A stretch of 64,000 nucleotides of DNA from an uncultured Flavobacteriales bacterium (lineage in GTDB: Bacteria > Bacteroidota > Bacteroidia > Flavobacteriales > BACL11): positions 6,123-70,122 of the forward strand of contig CASIBH010000002.1 of NCBI GenBank assembly GCA_949372805.1, given 5' to 3'. The notes beneath the pieces were generated by a model, which saw only the letters and a list, made by a program, of their open reading frames with translations, did no database searches and was not told the DNA's origin. The position numbers and the translations under genes are program-made. This document shows, piece by piece, positions 21,487 through 30,828 of this stretch; positions within the stretch are counted from its first letter, which is position 1; every line of letters begins with the position of its first letter.

Positions 21487-22272
21487 ATGGATGTTCAGGT
21501 GTATCTTATTAATGCATTTGCCGATAATAAATATTTAGGTAACCCTGCCTGTGTGGTGCCGCTTCAAAATTGGCTATCTTCTAAACAGATGCTTAATATT
21601 GCAAAAAATAATAATGTAGCTGAGACTGCATTTTTCATTAAAAAAGAAAATTATTTTGACCTAAGGTGGTTTACTCCAGATATAGAAATGGATTTATGTG
21701 GTCATGCCACTTTAGCAACTGCACACTGTATTGTAAAGCACTTTAATTACTCTGATAAAATTATAAAATTTAAAAGCCTAAGTGGAGATTTAAATGTCAG
21801 TTCTGTAGATGGTGTTTATCATTTAGATTTGCCTAAAAGAGTTCCTATAAAGTCGGAACTACCAGAGTATATTTACCATTCTTTAAGTATAAAGCCAAAA
21901 TCTGTTTTAAAATCTAGAGATTATGTTTTAATTTATGATTCGCAAGATCAGATAGAGCAGCTTAGTATTAACAGAGTTTTATTTGATAAAATTAATTTAG
22001 ACACTGGTGGAGTGGTGGTAACTGCTAAGGGTAATGAATATGATTTTGTTTCTCGTTTCTTTACTCCCCAAGCTACTTTCCTAGAAGATGCTGTTACAGG
22101 CTCTTCTCACTGCTCTTTAATACCTTATTGGGCTTCTATACTTAAAAAAGACAAAATGATTGCACATCAAGTCTCTGAAAGAGGAGGGAAGCTATTTTGT
22201 ATTAATAATTTGGAAAGAATTAGCGTTGGAGGAAGTGCGATGACTGTTTCTAAGAAAAAAATGTCTCTTTAA
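21487..22272 (+). CDS. PhzF family isomerase/epimerase
   Basis: NAF....GNPA.V, ETAF, LRWFTP..E.DLCGHATLA, ED.VTGS motifs. Confidence 0.92.
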   Translation: MDVQVYLINAFADNKYLGNPACVVPLQNWLSSKQMLNIAKNNNVAETAFFIKKENYFDLRWFTPDIEMDLCGHATLATAHCIVKHFNYSDKIIKFKSLSGDLNVSSVDGVYHLDLPKRVPIKSELPEYIYHSLSIKPKSVLKSRDYVLIYDSQDQIEQLSINRVLFDKINLDTGGVVVTAKGNEYDFVSRFFTPQATFLEDAVTGSSHCSLIPYWASILKKDKMIAHQVSERGGKLFCINNLERISVGGSAMTVSKKKMSL

Positions 22273-22305
22273 TTACTGAATATATTTCTGCTTTTTAATC
22301 ATATA

Positions 22306-22488
22306 TTATTGACCAATTGGAATAACAGAGAATGATTCAAGGAAGTTATTTGCAATACTAAGTTCAAACTCTAAAGGGTTACAACAAACTTCACAGTCCT
22401 CAATAAAGCTTTGTGTTTCTTCAGATGGGTCAATCATTTTTAGCTGGTTTTCCCAACAATGCGGGCATTCAAAATAATGTTCAAGCAT
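22306..22488 (-). CDS. CPXCG motif-containing cysteine-rich protein
   Basis: CPHCWE...IEDCEVCCNP zinc-ribbon pattern. Confidence 0.85.
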   Translation of the reverse strand: MLEHYFECPHCWENQLKMIDPSEETQSFIEDCEVCCNPLEFELSIANNFLESFSVIPIGQ

Positions 22489-22520
22489 ATTAATTTTTAA
22501 ATATAAAAAGAGTAATTTAT

Positions 22521-23417
22521 TTATTCATTATAAAAAATATTCATAACAATTGCATGAGGTAATGTTATAACTGAAATTATAATTATTGATAGAAAAGGTA
22601 TGGAATAAGGGATGTAGCTATAGTATGATAGTAAAAGAAGTATTGTTGTAAAAAAGATACTTAAAATAGAGTAGGGAGCTAATAGCTTAAGGAAATCAAA
22701 AAATGAAAATTTAGGATTATCTTTTTTGAAAAAGTTTATCTCGTCTTGCATTACTTTAAGAGAGTGAAGAACAACAAAGTAAAGAGTAAAGCCAATGATA
22801 AATGGAAAAAGAATAAATGTTATATGAATTAAAAAAAGTAGAAAAAATTCAGAAAATAGTCTTTCAATTTTAATTTTATTAAAAACAACCAATAGAACCA
22901 TTGAAATAATAGTAACAGTATTAGTGAAATAAAAAAGTATTGATACATTTTTTATATCGTAAATTTTTTCTAAAATAAGTGTGTCATCAAAATATGCTGT
23001 TACGTTAGCTAGTTCTTTAATGTTATAGAATATTAGTGTAGATAGTAGGGCAACACCCCAAAAAAAATAAAAAGTATTCTTAAAAAATTTATTTAATTTA
23101 ATATCTTCAAACTGTGACTCTCCAAAATGAAAGGCTGATATCAGCAGAAAAAATATTAGGCTAATAACAGGGGTGATGTGCCACATTGTAACAAATGCTA
23201 CTATTAAGCCAAGGTAAATTAAGTAAAATTTTAGTTGTGTTATTTTTCTTTTTTTAAAAAAAATAATGTGGTCAATTGCCCCATGAGGTATGCCAAAAAG
23301 TAAAATTGAAAGGGAGGAATATATAAGCTGGTTTTCAATACTTATTTCTTTAAATCCTTCAAAAATATTTAGAAGTATAAAGATCCCGATTATATATATA
23401 AAGGTAAAAAGATTCAT
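22521..23417 (-). CDS. blh: Brp/Blh beta-carotene 15,15'-dioxygenase (retinal synthesis)
   Basis: Polytopic membrane protein with GIPHGAIDH, SAFHFGE, YF...HS and TLPH histidine motifs; directly downstream of the rhodopsin gene. Confidence 0.92.
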   Translation of the reverse strand: MNLFTFIYIIGIFILLNIFEGFKEISIENQLIYSSLSILLFGIPHGAIDHIIFFKKRKITQLKFYLIYLGLIVAFVTMWHITPVISLIFFLLISAFHFGESQFEDIKLNKFFKNTFYFFWGVALLSTLIFYNIKELANVTAYFDDTLILEKIYDIKNVSILFYFTNTVTIISMVLLVVFNKIKIERLFSEFFLLFLIHITFILFPFIIGFTLYFVVLHSLKVMQDEINFFKKDNPKFSFFDFLKLLAPYSILSIFFTTILLLLSYYSYIPYSIPFLSIIIISVITLPHAIVMNIFYNE

Positions 23418-23429
23418 GAGCTAATATAA

Positions 23430-23465
23430 AAAATAAAAGCAGGCCGTGAAGCCTGCTTTTATTTT
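23430..23465 (-). terminator. Hairpin/terminator between proteorhodopsin and blh
   Basis: AAAATAAAAGCAGGC-CGTGAA-GCCTGCTTTTATTTT, a perfect 15-bp inverted repeat. Confidence 0.8.
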
Positions 23466-23482
23466 GAAAATATAGAAACTAT

Positions 23483-24205
23483 TTATTTTGACTCAGTAAT
23501 TGCTATGTTGTAAACAACTAAACCAAATCCAATCTTATTTATTGCATCAGCAATGTTGTACCATAGGTCAACATTTTCTGATCCCCATCCTAAAGCAGAG
23601 TTTAACCATCCGCCGTCCATACACATGTATCCTATTGGGTAAATTGCCCATCCTACTAATACAAACCATGCTAACGTTCTCACACCTCTTTTAACAACAT
23701 CAGACTTACTTGCTTCAGCTAACTGAGCAACTTCACCTAACCATACTGTGTAAAGAATATATAGGTAACCTAGAGTTGATAATACACCCCATTGTACAGA
23801 ATGACCAGTAGATCCATCTGACATAGCCTCTCCAATGTAACCACATACTAACATCCAAGTTGACGCGATGATTAGTTTCCATAGTAAAGACTTAGTTGCA
23901 CCTGCAGCTTTAGTTAATAAGTAGAATTCAACACACATTAATGGAACAGTAAGTGTCCAGTCTACATATCTAAAGAAAGTTGGATTGTCTCCAGTAGCTA
24001 AATAGTAATCTCTCATGTAGAAGTAATGTACTGCAGCTATACCAGTAATTAGTCCTGAGATTAATAATGACATTTTCCATTTGTCTTCAACTCTACTTCT
24101 TTCGAAGAAAAAGAAAACTGCTGCTGCTGCCATTGCCATGTAGCCAATGAAGAAAGTAAAGCCCACATAATCATCTGGAGCCATTTTGATAATATCTAAT
24201 AACAT
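23483..24205 (-). CDS. prd: Proteorhodopsin, DTE proton pump, green-tuned (Met at the spectral-tuning site)
   Basis: Seven TM segments; AAVHY (His), RYVDWTLTVPLMCVEF (D97/T101/M105/E108 equivalents), GWAIYP, DAINKIGFG retinal lysine. Confidence 0.97.
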   Translation of the reverse strand: MLLDIIKMAPDDYVGFTFFIGYMAMAAAAVFFFFERSRVEDKWKMSLLISGLITGIAAVHYFYMRDYYLATGDNPTFFRYVDWTLTVPLMCVEFYLLTKAAGATKSLLWKLIIASTWMLVCGYIGEAMSDGSTGHSVQWGVLSTLGYLYILYTVWLGEVAQLAEASKSDVVKRGVRTLAWFVLVGWAIYPIGYMCMDGGWLNSALGWGSENVDLWYNIADAINKIGFGLVVYNIAITESK

Positions 24206-24229
24206 ATTTTTTATTTATTGGTTAAAGTA

Positions 24230-24237
24230 CAAACTTA
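24230..24237 (-). promoter_or_regulatory. Bacteroidota -7 element of the proteorhodopsin promoter
   Basis: TAAGTTTG on the minus strand 25 nt upstream of the ATG. Confidence 0.6.
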
Positions 24238-24407
24238 TAATTTTTTTTCTAAAATTGCGCGCTATATAGTTTAAATGTTGTTATGCTTATATTTTTTTGA
24301 ATTAGTTAAAGGTCTTATTTTCATTACTAAAGAATGTAATTTTTTTAAAAATTTATATTTTGTGTAAAATAAAATATAGATGTTTATTAAGGTTTGGTTA
24401 TGCTTAT

Positions 24408-24968
24408 TTATAAATTCCATGTTGTTTTACTATTAATCTCTAATCTTGGGGTTTTAATATTTGGTAAATTATCATATAATCCAGTATATATAAAACCTAA
24501 ACATCTTTGATTTTTTTCTAAATTTAGAAATGAATTTAGCTTATTACTATATTTTGGAGTGCTCCAGTAACAACCAATTTTATTGGCTGTACATGTTAAC
24601 CAGATATTTTGTACGGCCATTGATGTTGCTGCTATCTCTTCCCATTCTGGAATTAATTTTTCGTCACTTCTTTGCATGCATACGCAAATAATATGGCTTG
24701 TATTATTAAACTTTTCTTTAAGACTTTTTATTTTTTTATCACTGATCTTGTCTTTATTGATTTTATATATCTCATTTAATAATAGAGTTTTTTTCTCTCC
24801 AGCAAATACCTGAAATAACCAGGGCTGTGTTAATTTATGAGTTGGAGCAGTATTTGCATTTTCTAAAAGCTCTTGTATTAGTTTAAGAGGAATCTCTTGT
24901 CCATTGTACTGAGATGGGTAAATTGATTTTCTATTTCTAATTACACTATTTAAGTTTTCTGCTATCAT
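24408..24968 (-). CDS. Nitroreductase family protein (YdjA-like)
   Basis: I.NR.SI, AP.H..TQPW.F, A.QN.WL......IG.YWST motifs. Confidence 0.9.
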   Translation of the reverse strand: MIAENLNSVIRNRKSIYPSQYNGQEIPLKLIQELLENANTAPTHKLTQPWLFQVFAGEKKTLLLNEIYKINKDKISDKKIKSLKEKFNNTSHIICVCMQRSDEKLIPEWEEIAATSMAVQNIWLTCTANKIGCYWSTPKYSNKLNSFLNLEKNQRCLGFIYTGLYDNLPNIKTPRLEINSKTTWNL

Positions 24969-25057
24969 TTGTGTTTTTTTATCAAAAATAAAAATTGTTA
25001 TTAAATGCTAAGCATCCTATTCTAATTTTGATGATTTAAGTTTGATGAAAATTTAAT

Positions 25058-25501
25058 ATGAAAAAAATTATACTAATATTTTTATTTATTCCTTTTGTTT
25101 CTTTTTCTCAAGTATCCAAAAAATCTTTTTCAAAAACAACTGAAAACTACAGAGAGTTTAATCTTGGTATTTGCTATTTTGATTATGATGACTTCTGGCC
25201 AGGATTTTCTTTTCTATGGGGTAGAACTATTTATTTTAATAACAATAATACTGTTCTAGATTTTCAAGCTGGGCTTGCATTACCTAGCATTGTGACTGGA
25301 AAAATAGGTTATGGAATAGGAAATGTTAATTCAAACCTTTTAATCTCTTTACGGCCTCACCCAGGCTCTATTGGTCTTGAATATAATACAACAAAAAGAA
25401 GGTTTAGTATTGAGAAGATGTTTGGAGAATATGCAGCTGAATTTGGTAATGGAGGTTTTTTACATGACTGGCTAATTACTTTAGGATTTAAAATATTTTA
25501 G
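25058..25501 (+). CDS. Hypothetical exported protein, possible small outer-membrane beta-barrel
   Basis: Signal peptide; alternating aromatic/Gly strands; ends LGFKIF with terminal Phe. Confidence 0.55.
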   Translation: MKKIILIFLFIPFVSFSQVSKKSFSKTTENYREFNLGICYFDYDDFWPGFSFLWGRTIYFNNNNTVLDFQAGLALPSIVTGKIGYGIGNVNSNLLISLRPHPGSIGLEYNTTKRRFSIEKMFGEYAAEFGNGGFLHDWLITLGFKIF

Positions 25502-25562
25502 AATAACTTTTTAAATCATTATTTAAAAATTCTATCTTTAAGTATTAATTTTACAAAAAAAA

Positions 25563-26225
25563 ATGAAAAATATTTTACTTGCCTTTTTCTTAACTCCTGT
25601 TTTTTTATTTTGTCAAAATGTAGATTTAAATTTCAACCAAAGTAAGGATAAGCAGTTTTGTAAGCAGTATAAGAATTACTCTAAATTTGATTCTTATACT
25701 ACAAAAGATGGACTACTTATTTCAATTGGTGACACATTAACTTTAGGCAAGGCTTTTAAGACAAAGAAAAAGTACAATTTTAGTGATAGGTTTATTTATA
25801 TCGCAAAAGGTAAAGCAAAGGGGAATGATTCAAAAGATTTTAAGTTTTTAGAACACCACCAAGGGGAAGTTAGGGTTGTAGTTGAAAATATTTTTGTAAC
25901 TCACTCTGATGATAATGCCTATAGATTATGGACTAATAGAAAAGAAATGCCTCTATATGTTAGTATCTTTGTAAAGAACCCAGAAATTGGTTTAAATTCA
26001 GGCTCAATTCTTTCGGCTATTGGTAAAACTTCAAAGTTTACTGTTTTAGATATAGAGAAAGCTTTTGAGTTTGGTGAAGTTATTAATCCTAATAAACCTT
26101 TAAGCCGTTCAGAAGCAATTTTAAAATTAAAAGAAAGTAAAGATCTTTTTGAATTAGATTTGATTAGCGAAGAGCAGTACTTAAAACTAAAAGAAAAATT
26201 AACTCCAATTATAATGAGTAAATAA
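25563..26225 (+). CDS. Exported hypothetical protein with C-terminal SHOCT-like helices
   Basis: Signal peptide; EAILKLKESKDLFELDLISEEQYLKLKEKL. Confidence 0.65.
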   Translation: MKNILLAFFLTPVFLFCQNVDLNFNQSKDKQFCKQYKNYSKFDSYTTKDGLLISIGDTLTLGKAFKTKKKYNFSDRFIYIAKGKAKGNDSKDFKFLEHHQGEVRVVVENIFVTHSDDNAYRLWTNRKEMPLYVSIFVKNPEIGLNSGSILSAIGKTSKFTVLDIEKAFEFGEVINPNKPLSRSEAILKLKESKDLFELDLISEEQYLKLKEKLTPIIMSK

Positions 26226-26235
26226 ATAAATAAAA

Positions 26236-26910
26236 ATGAAAAAAATATTAATAATATTATGTCTTATACTTCAAATTTCATCTGTTAAGTCACAAACTCA
26301 GGTTGATATACATACAAATTATGGTGACATAAGACTTGAGTTATATGATGCCCTTGTTCCAAACACTGTAAACAATTTTGTTTCACTTATAAATCAAGGT
26401 TTTTATGATGGAGTAATTTTTCATAGGGTTATTGATAATTTCATGATTCAGGGTGGAGATGGTTTTCCAGCTCCTCCATCAATAATGGATGAATTTGATA
26501 GTACCCTGTCAAATGTTCAAAAAACTATTTCTATGGCTAATTCAGGTCCCAATACCGGTACATGTCAGTTCTTTATTAATCTTGTTGACAACACCTATCT
26601 AGACTTTGATAAAGCCCCTCTTACTTCCAAGCACCCTGTTTTTGGTATAACTGTCAGTGGGTTTAATGTTGTACAGGCAATTGGTGAAGTGCAAACAAAC
26701 TTTAATGATGTACCATATGTAGATGTAGTTATGGATAGTGTAAGGATTGTTAATTCAAATGTTGGACTAGAAAATATTATTTCACCTGATAGAAATAAAT
26801 TAATTGATATTATTGATTTTTCTGGTAAGTCTTTAAATAGAAAATCTTCTTTTCCTCTTATTTATATTTATGAAAATGGTTTAGTAGAAAAGAAAATCAT
26901 TGTTAAGTAA
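26236..26910 (+). CDS. Secreted cyclophilin-type peptidyl-prolyl isomerase with short C-terminal tail
   Basis: Signal peptide; FYDGVIFHRVIDNFMIQGGD, SMANSGPNT..QFFIN, HPVFG; tail GK-x8-PLIYIYENGLVEKKIIVK. Confidence 0.92.
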   Translation: MKKILIILCLILQISSVKSQTQVDIHTNYGDIRLELYDALVPNTVNNFVSLINQGFYDGVIFHRVIDNFMIQGGDGFPAPPSIMDEFDSTLSNVQKTISMANSGPNTGTCQFFINLVDNTYLDFDKAPLTSKHPVFGITVSGFNVVQAIGEVQTNFNDVPYVDVVMDSVRIVNSNVGLENIISPDRNKLIDIIDFSGKSLNRKSSFPLIYIYENGLVEKKIIVK

Positions 26911-26925
26911 ATCTCTTTCTTATTT

Positions 26926-27288
26926 ATGATTAAGAAAATTTCAATTTATATTATTTCTTTCGCTTATATCTTTGTAGGAATAAAACATTTTACAGATCCT
27001 CATTTTTTTTCACCTATTGTTCCTGATTATTTACCTTATCCTCTTGCTCTTGTTTATATAAGCGGTTTTTTTGAGGTTTTTCTTGGAGCTTTAATTCTAT
27101 TTTCTAAGTACAGAAAAATAGCTGCATGGGGTTTGATCTTACTTCTTATTGCAGTCTTTCCAGCTAATATTTTTTTAGTTCAAAATGTAGATGCTCAAAT
27201 AGCTTTGAATGTAACAAAAGATTTTGCTATTTATAGATTACCCTTTCAATTACTATTCATTTTACTGGCTTATTGGCACACAAAATAA
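26926..27288 (+). CDS. DoxX-like membrane protein
   Basis: G..HF..P......P.Y.P.P..LVY.SG..E...G and AVFPANI...RLP.Q motifs. Confidence 0.8.
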   Translation: MIKKISIYIISFAYIFVGIKHFTDPHFFSPIVPDYLPYPLALVYISGFFEVFLGALILFSKYRKIAAWGLILLLIAVFPANIFLVQNVDAQIALNVTKDFAIYRLPFQLLFILLAYWHTK

Positions 27289-27293
27289 AACAT

Positions 27294-27719
27294 ATGATAT
27301 ATAACAGAACTCTTACTAACTACGACCAAGAAATTGAAATTAATAATATTGTAGGTAAACCATTTTCTTTTTTCCAAAGTCTAAAGCTTATGGGAATTGG
27401 TTCCAGTAGATTTATTATTGAATCAGTTTCAACTAATTTTACTGATATAGTTAATGAAGTAGCTGATATTAATTATTGTAACATTGAATTAAGACCAAAC
27501 GGTGTTATTATTAATGTTACCCAGCAGTTAAATTTATTTTCATGGGTGATTCCATACTATCAGCTAGTTGTTTTTGATTCAGAAACTTTTAGTATTCACG
27601 CCGCTGGAGGCTTTATTAAAATGGTTAAGAATAAAAACTATTCTAATAACAAATCCTTTATTAAAAAGATGTATAAATTAAAAACTAGCTATAGTGCTAA
27701 AAATAATTTAGCAGTTTAG
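27294..27719 (+). CDS. Conserved hypothetical protein
   Basis: ATG at 27294 after the upstream stop; VGKPFS......M.G.GS, CNIELRPNG and W.IPYY.L motifs. Confidence 0.7.
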   Translation: MIYNRTLTNYDQEIEINNIVGKPFSFFQSLKLMGIGSSRFIIESVSTNFTDIVNEVADINYCNIELRPNGVIINVTQQLNLFSWVIPYYQLVVFDSETFSIHAAGGFIKMVKNKNYSNNKSFIKKMYKLKTSYSAKNNLAV

Positions 27720-28679
27720 TTATTTAAGGATTATTTTCTTCTCTATAGTTCCATCTTTATATATGTAAAATAATGGGCCCTTAGATGAGTTATTTGATTC
27801 CTTACCTAGCATATTTATTATTTTATGTACTTCTTTATTGCTGAAGTCTATTTGATTAATACTACTTAAAGAATAGTTGTAAAATGCTGTATCAGAAACA
27901 CATCCTTGAGCATCTGTTACTAATAGCCAGAAGATTCCATTTCCAGTAGGGTCGATTGTTGATGTAGTTTCTCCTGTACTCCAATTGTATGAATACGGTG
28001 CAGTACCTGCAAAGGCTCCACCTTCTAAATCTAGGTTGTCAGCAGTTATGTATGCTTTAGGGCTATCATCTGTTTTAACTAACAAGTGAATTCTTCCTCT
28101 TTCAACAGGAGGCTCATGAAAATAAGATCCCGATGGAGGTGATGTCGTAGATAGTGAAGATTGTACACCACACCAGTGTATCCGAGTCATTTTACCAGCC
28201 AATGAAATAGCGCTATCTGAAGTAGTATAAGAATTAAACATTTCTCCAGAGCTTATCTCATTTTTAGCTCCCACCACAGCATAATACTTATTTTTCTCAA
28301 TAATAACGCTACAGCTCCCCCAGCCATAAGGCATGTTTTGAGCCTGAAAAAGAAGTGTATGTGGGTTAGTTACTCCAGCCAAAAGATCTGTATAATCGTA
28401 TGGCATTGTATCTGTATTATTTAATGCAGTAAACTCAATTATTTCTATAGACTGATGCTGAGCAAAAGCTCCAGGGCCTTGAGGGTCTCCATCTCCAGCT
28501 TTAAATCCTACTATTTCAAAACCTGATAGGGCTTTAAACCAAAAACCTCTTGTTCTATTAAGCTGTGCATATGGGGTGCTTTCAGGGCCAAGAATAAGAG
28601 AATCCGTTTGTTCGCAATTTATTTGAGAGAATGAAAAGAATGATGTCGATAAGAAAAATAATATAGTAAGTATTCGCAT
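27720..28679 (-). CDS. Secreted protein: unknown N-terminal domain, SprB-like repeat, short C-terminal tail
   Basis: Signal peptide; GTAPYSYNWSTGETT...VTDAQGC SprB-type repeat; tail GK-x8-PLFYIYKDGTIEKKIILK. Confidence 0.75.
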   Translation of the reverse strand: MRILTILFFLSTSFFSFSQINCEQTDSLILGPESTPYAQLNRTRGFWFKALSGFEIVGFKAGDGDPQGPGAFAQHQSIEIIEFTALNNTDTMPYDYTDLLAGVTNPHTLLFQAQNMPYGWGSCSVIIEKNKYYAVVGAKNEISSGEMFNSYTTSDSAISLAGKMTRIHWCGVQSSLSTTSPPSGSYFHEPPVERGRIHLLVKTDDSPKAYITADNLDLEGGAFAGTAPYSYNWSTGETTSTIDPTGNGIFWLLVTDAQGCVSDTAFYNYSLSSINQIDFSNKEVHKIINMLGKESNNSSKGPLFYIYKDGTIEKKIILK

Positions 28680-28850
28680 TATTAAAATTTAAGATTTCCT
28701 CAAAAATAATTAATTTTTATTTAATTTTAAAAACTGATATTTTTATCATTAAATATGAACAGAAATTTTAAAATATTAATCTATTGTTTCTTATTAGGAA
28801 TGACTGTTGTCTACCTTTATTTTAGAATTGGTAATCTTTAAAAAAAAATT

Positions 28851-29033
28851 ATGAGTTATTTCCAACAAAAAGCAGATTTCAATCATAAAATAGGAATCAA
28901 GATTTATATGATTTCAACTACCTTACTTTGTGTGAAGTTTTTCCCCCAATTAATATCTCTTGATTGGTATTACTATGCCGTGATCTTACTATTATCTTAT
29001 TCCTACTGTATTAAAAGAGCTTTTATGAGTTAA
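28851..29033 (+). CDS. Small hypothetical membrane protein
   Basis: 60 aa with two hydrophobic segments; A-rich start context; stop 1 nt before the next ATG. Confidence 0.45.
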   Translation: MSYFQQKADFNHKIGIKIYMISTTLLCVKFFPQLISLDWYYYAVILLLSYSYCIKRAFMS

Positions 29034-29034
29034 T

Positions 29035-29835
29035 ATGAGGTTAATCATATTTTTTTTATTTGCTAATTTCCTCTATGGTGCTAATGTTGAAACAATTAGT
29101 GTTTTTAGTATGTCGATGAACAAGAAAATAAAAAATTTGGTTATTACTCCTGATCAATATGCAGATGTTTCTTTATCTACTGTATACCTTCTTCATGGGG
29201 CAGGAGGGAGTTATTTAGATTGGAACACAAAGGTTCAAGGATTAGAACAATATTGTGATAAGCTTAATATTATTCTTATTTGTCCCGATGGCGGAGGTAA
29301 TAGTTGGTACTTTGACAGCCCAATAGATTCAAATTATAGATATGAAACTTATATCTGTGAAGAACTAGTTGATTTTATTGATAATAAATACCTAACAAAA
29401 AAAGACCCAAAGTTTAGGGCTATAAGTGGATTGAGTATGGGAGGTCATGGAGCCTTGTATTTAGCTATTAAAAACCAAAATATTTTTGGATTAGCTGGAA
29501 GCATGAGCGGTGGCTTAGATATAAGAGGGTTCTCTAATAATTGGAATCTTTCAGATCGACTAGGAAATATTAAAGAAAACCCTAAGAACTGGGAAAATAA
29601 TACTGTTATAAAATTAATAGATAGAATTAAAATAAAGGATTTAAAGCTAATTATTGATTGTGGAAAAGATGATTTTTTCCTAGATGTAAATAATGCATTT
29701 AATAGTGAGTTAACAGAAAGAAATATTAATCATATTTACAGAATTAAAGAGGGCTCACATAACTGGATTTATTGGAGAAAATCTATCTTTGAACATCTAA
29801 ATTTTTTTACTGAAAATTTTAATAAAACTATATGA
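29035..29835 (+). CDS. Alpha/beta-hydrolase esterase family protein (XynC/FrmB-like)
   Basis: [41 protein letters not shown] motifs. Confidence 0.9.
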   Translation: MRLIIFFLFANFLYGANVETISVFSMSMNKKIKNLVITPDQYADVSLSTVYLLHGAGGSYLDWNTKVQGLEQYCDKLNIILICPDGGGNSWYFDSPIDSNYRYETYICEELVDFIDNKYLTKKDPKFRAISGLSMGGHGALYLAIKNQNIFGLAGSMSGGLDIRGFSNNWNLSDRLGNIKENPKNWENNTVIKLIDRIKIKDLKLIIDCGKDDFFLDVNNAFNSELTERNINHIYRIKEGSHNWIYWRKSIFEHLNFFTENFNKTI

Positions 29836-30281
29836 AAAATTATTTTATCCTATTACTTTTTCTTCTAATATCTTCTAACTCTTTCGGCCAGAGTTCTGAG
29901 ATTGATTACTTTAAAAAATTAAATTCTAAAGAGAAAAATGTTATCGTTAATAAAGGAACAGAATATCCTTTTACCGGGGAATATGATAAGCATTTTGAAC
30001 TGGGTGTCTATCATTGTAAGGCTTGCGATACACCATTGTATCACTCTTCTTTTAAATTTAAATCAAATTGTGGATGGCCATCATTTGATAATGAAATAAA
30101 AGGTGCAATAAAAAGAAATTATGATTATGATTTAGGCTATAGAAGAACTGAGATATGTTGTTCTAAATGTGGAGGTCACCTGGGTCATGTGTTTGAGGGA
30201 GAGAAGCTTACGGAAAAAAATATTCGTCATTGTGTGAATTCTATTTCTCTTGTTTTTAAAGCTTTAGAGCCTAAGAAATAA
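29832..30281 (+). CDS. msrB: Peptide-methionine (R)-S-oxide reductase MsrB, with signal peptide
   Basis: GTE.PFTG.Y, C..C, CGWPSF, R.EI.C..C.GHLGHVF, RHCVNS.SL motifs. Confidence 0.95.
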   Translation: MKNYFILLLFLLISSNSFGQSSEIDYFKKLNSKEKNVIVNKGTEYPFTGEYDKHFELGVYHCKACDTPLYHSSFKFKSNCGWPSFDNEIKGAIKRNYDYDLGYRRTEICCSKCGGHLGHVFEGEKLTEKNIRHCVNSISLVFKALEPKK

Positions 30282-30320
30282 TTATAAACTTACCTATCTT
30301 TGTAAAAAAAAATATTTGTC

Positions 30321-30821
30321 ATGAAAAAAATCTTTATAGCTACCCTCTCATTTTTTATATTCTTTAGCGCTCAAGCCCAAGTTCTTCATACAGTTAATGG
30401 TGGTAACTTTTACTATAGTCCACAAACCTTAACTATTAATGTTGGTGATACAGTTAGATGGGTGAACAATGGAGGTTTTCACAATGTTAATTTTGATATA
30501 AATACAATTAGTGGATCAAGTTTTTCTAATCCAGAATCTTTTTCATCCACGCCTACTAATGATGTAGACATGTACACTTACGTTTTTACAATACCTGGAA
30601 CGTACGACTATGATTGTTCTGTTGGTCAGCATGCTGCTAATGGAATGGTTGGTACAATTATTGTTAATAGTTCTACAGCAGTTTCAGAGCTTTCATTAAT
30701 AAATAAAGAGGTCCTAAACATTTATAGCTTATCAGGAAAAAAAGTTTCTCAATCATTTAATATTCCCTTAATCTATCAATTTAGTGATGGTTCAATTGAA
30801 AAAAAGGTTCTCGTAAAATAA
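30321..30821 (+). CDS. Secreted plastocyanin/azurin-like protein with short C-terminal tail
   Basis: P..LTINVGDTVRW.N..G.HNV and YDYDCSVGQHAANGM; tail GK-x8-PLIYQFSDGSIEKKVLVK. Confidence 0.87.
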   Translation: MKKIFIATLSFFIFFSAQAQVLHTVNGGNFYYSPQTLTINVGDTVRWVNNGGFHNVNFDINTISGSSFSNPESFSSTPTNDVDMYTYVFTIPGTYDYDCSVGQHAANGMVGTIIVNSSTAVSELSLINKEVLNIYSLSGKKVSQSFNIPLIYQFSDGSIEKKVLVK

Positions 30822-30828
30822 TTTTTAA

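Noticed and set aside
21487-22272. Phenazine biosynthesis cluster
   Set aside because: This is a lone PhzF-family gene with no phzA/B/D/E/G. The DAHP synthase 10 kb away is the housekeeping type.
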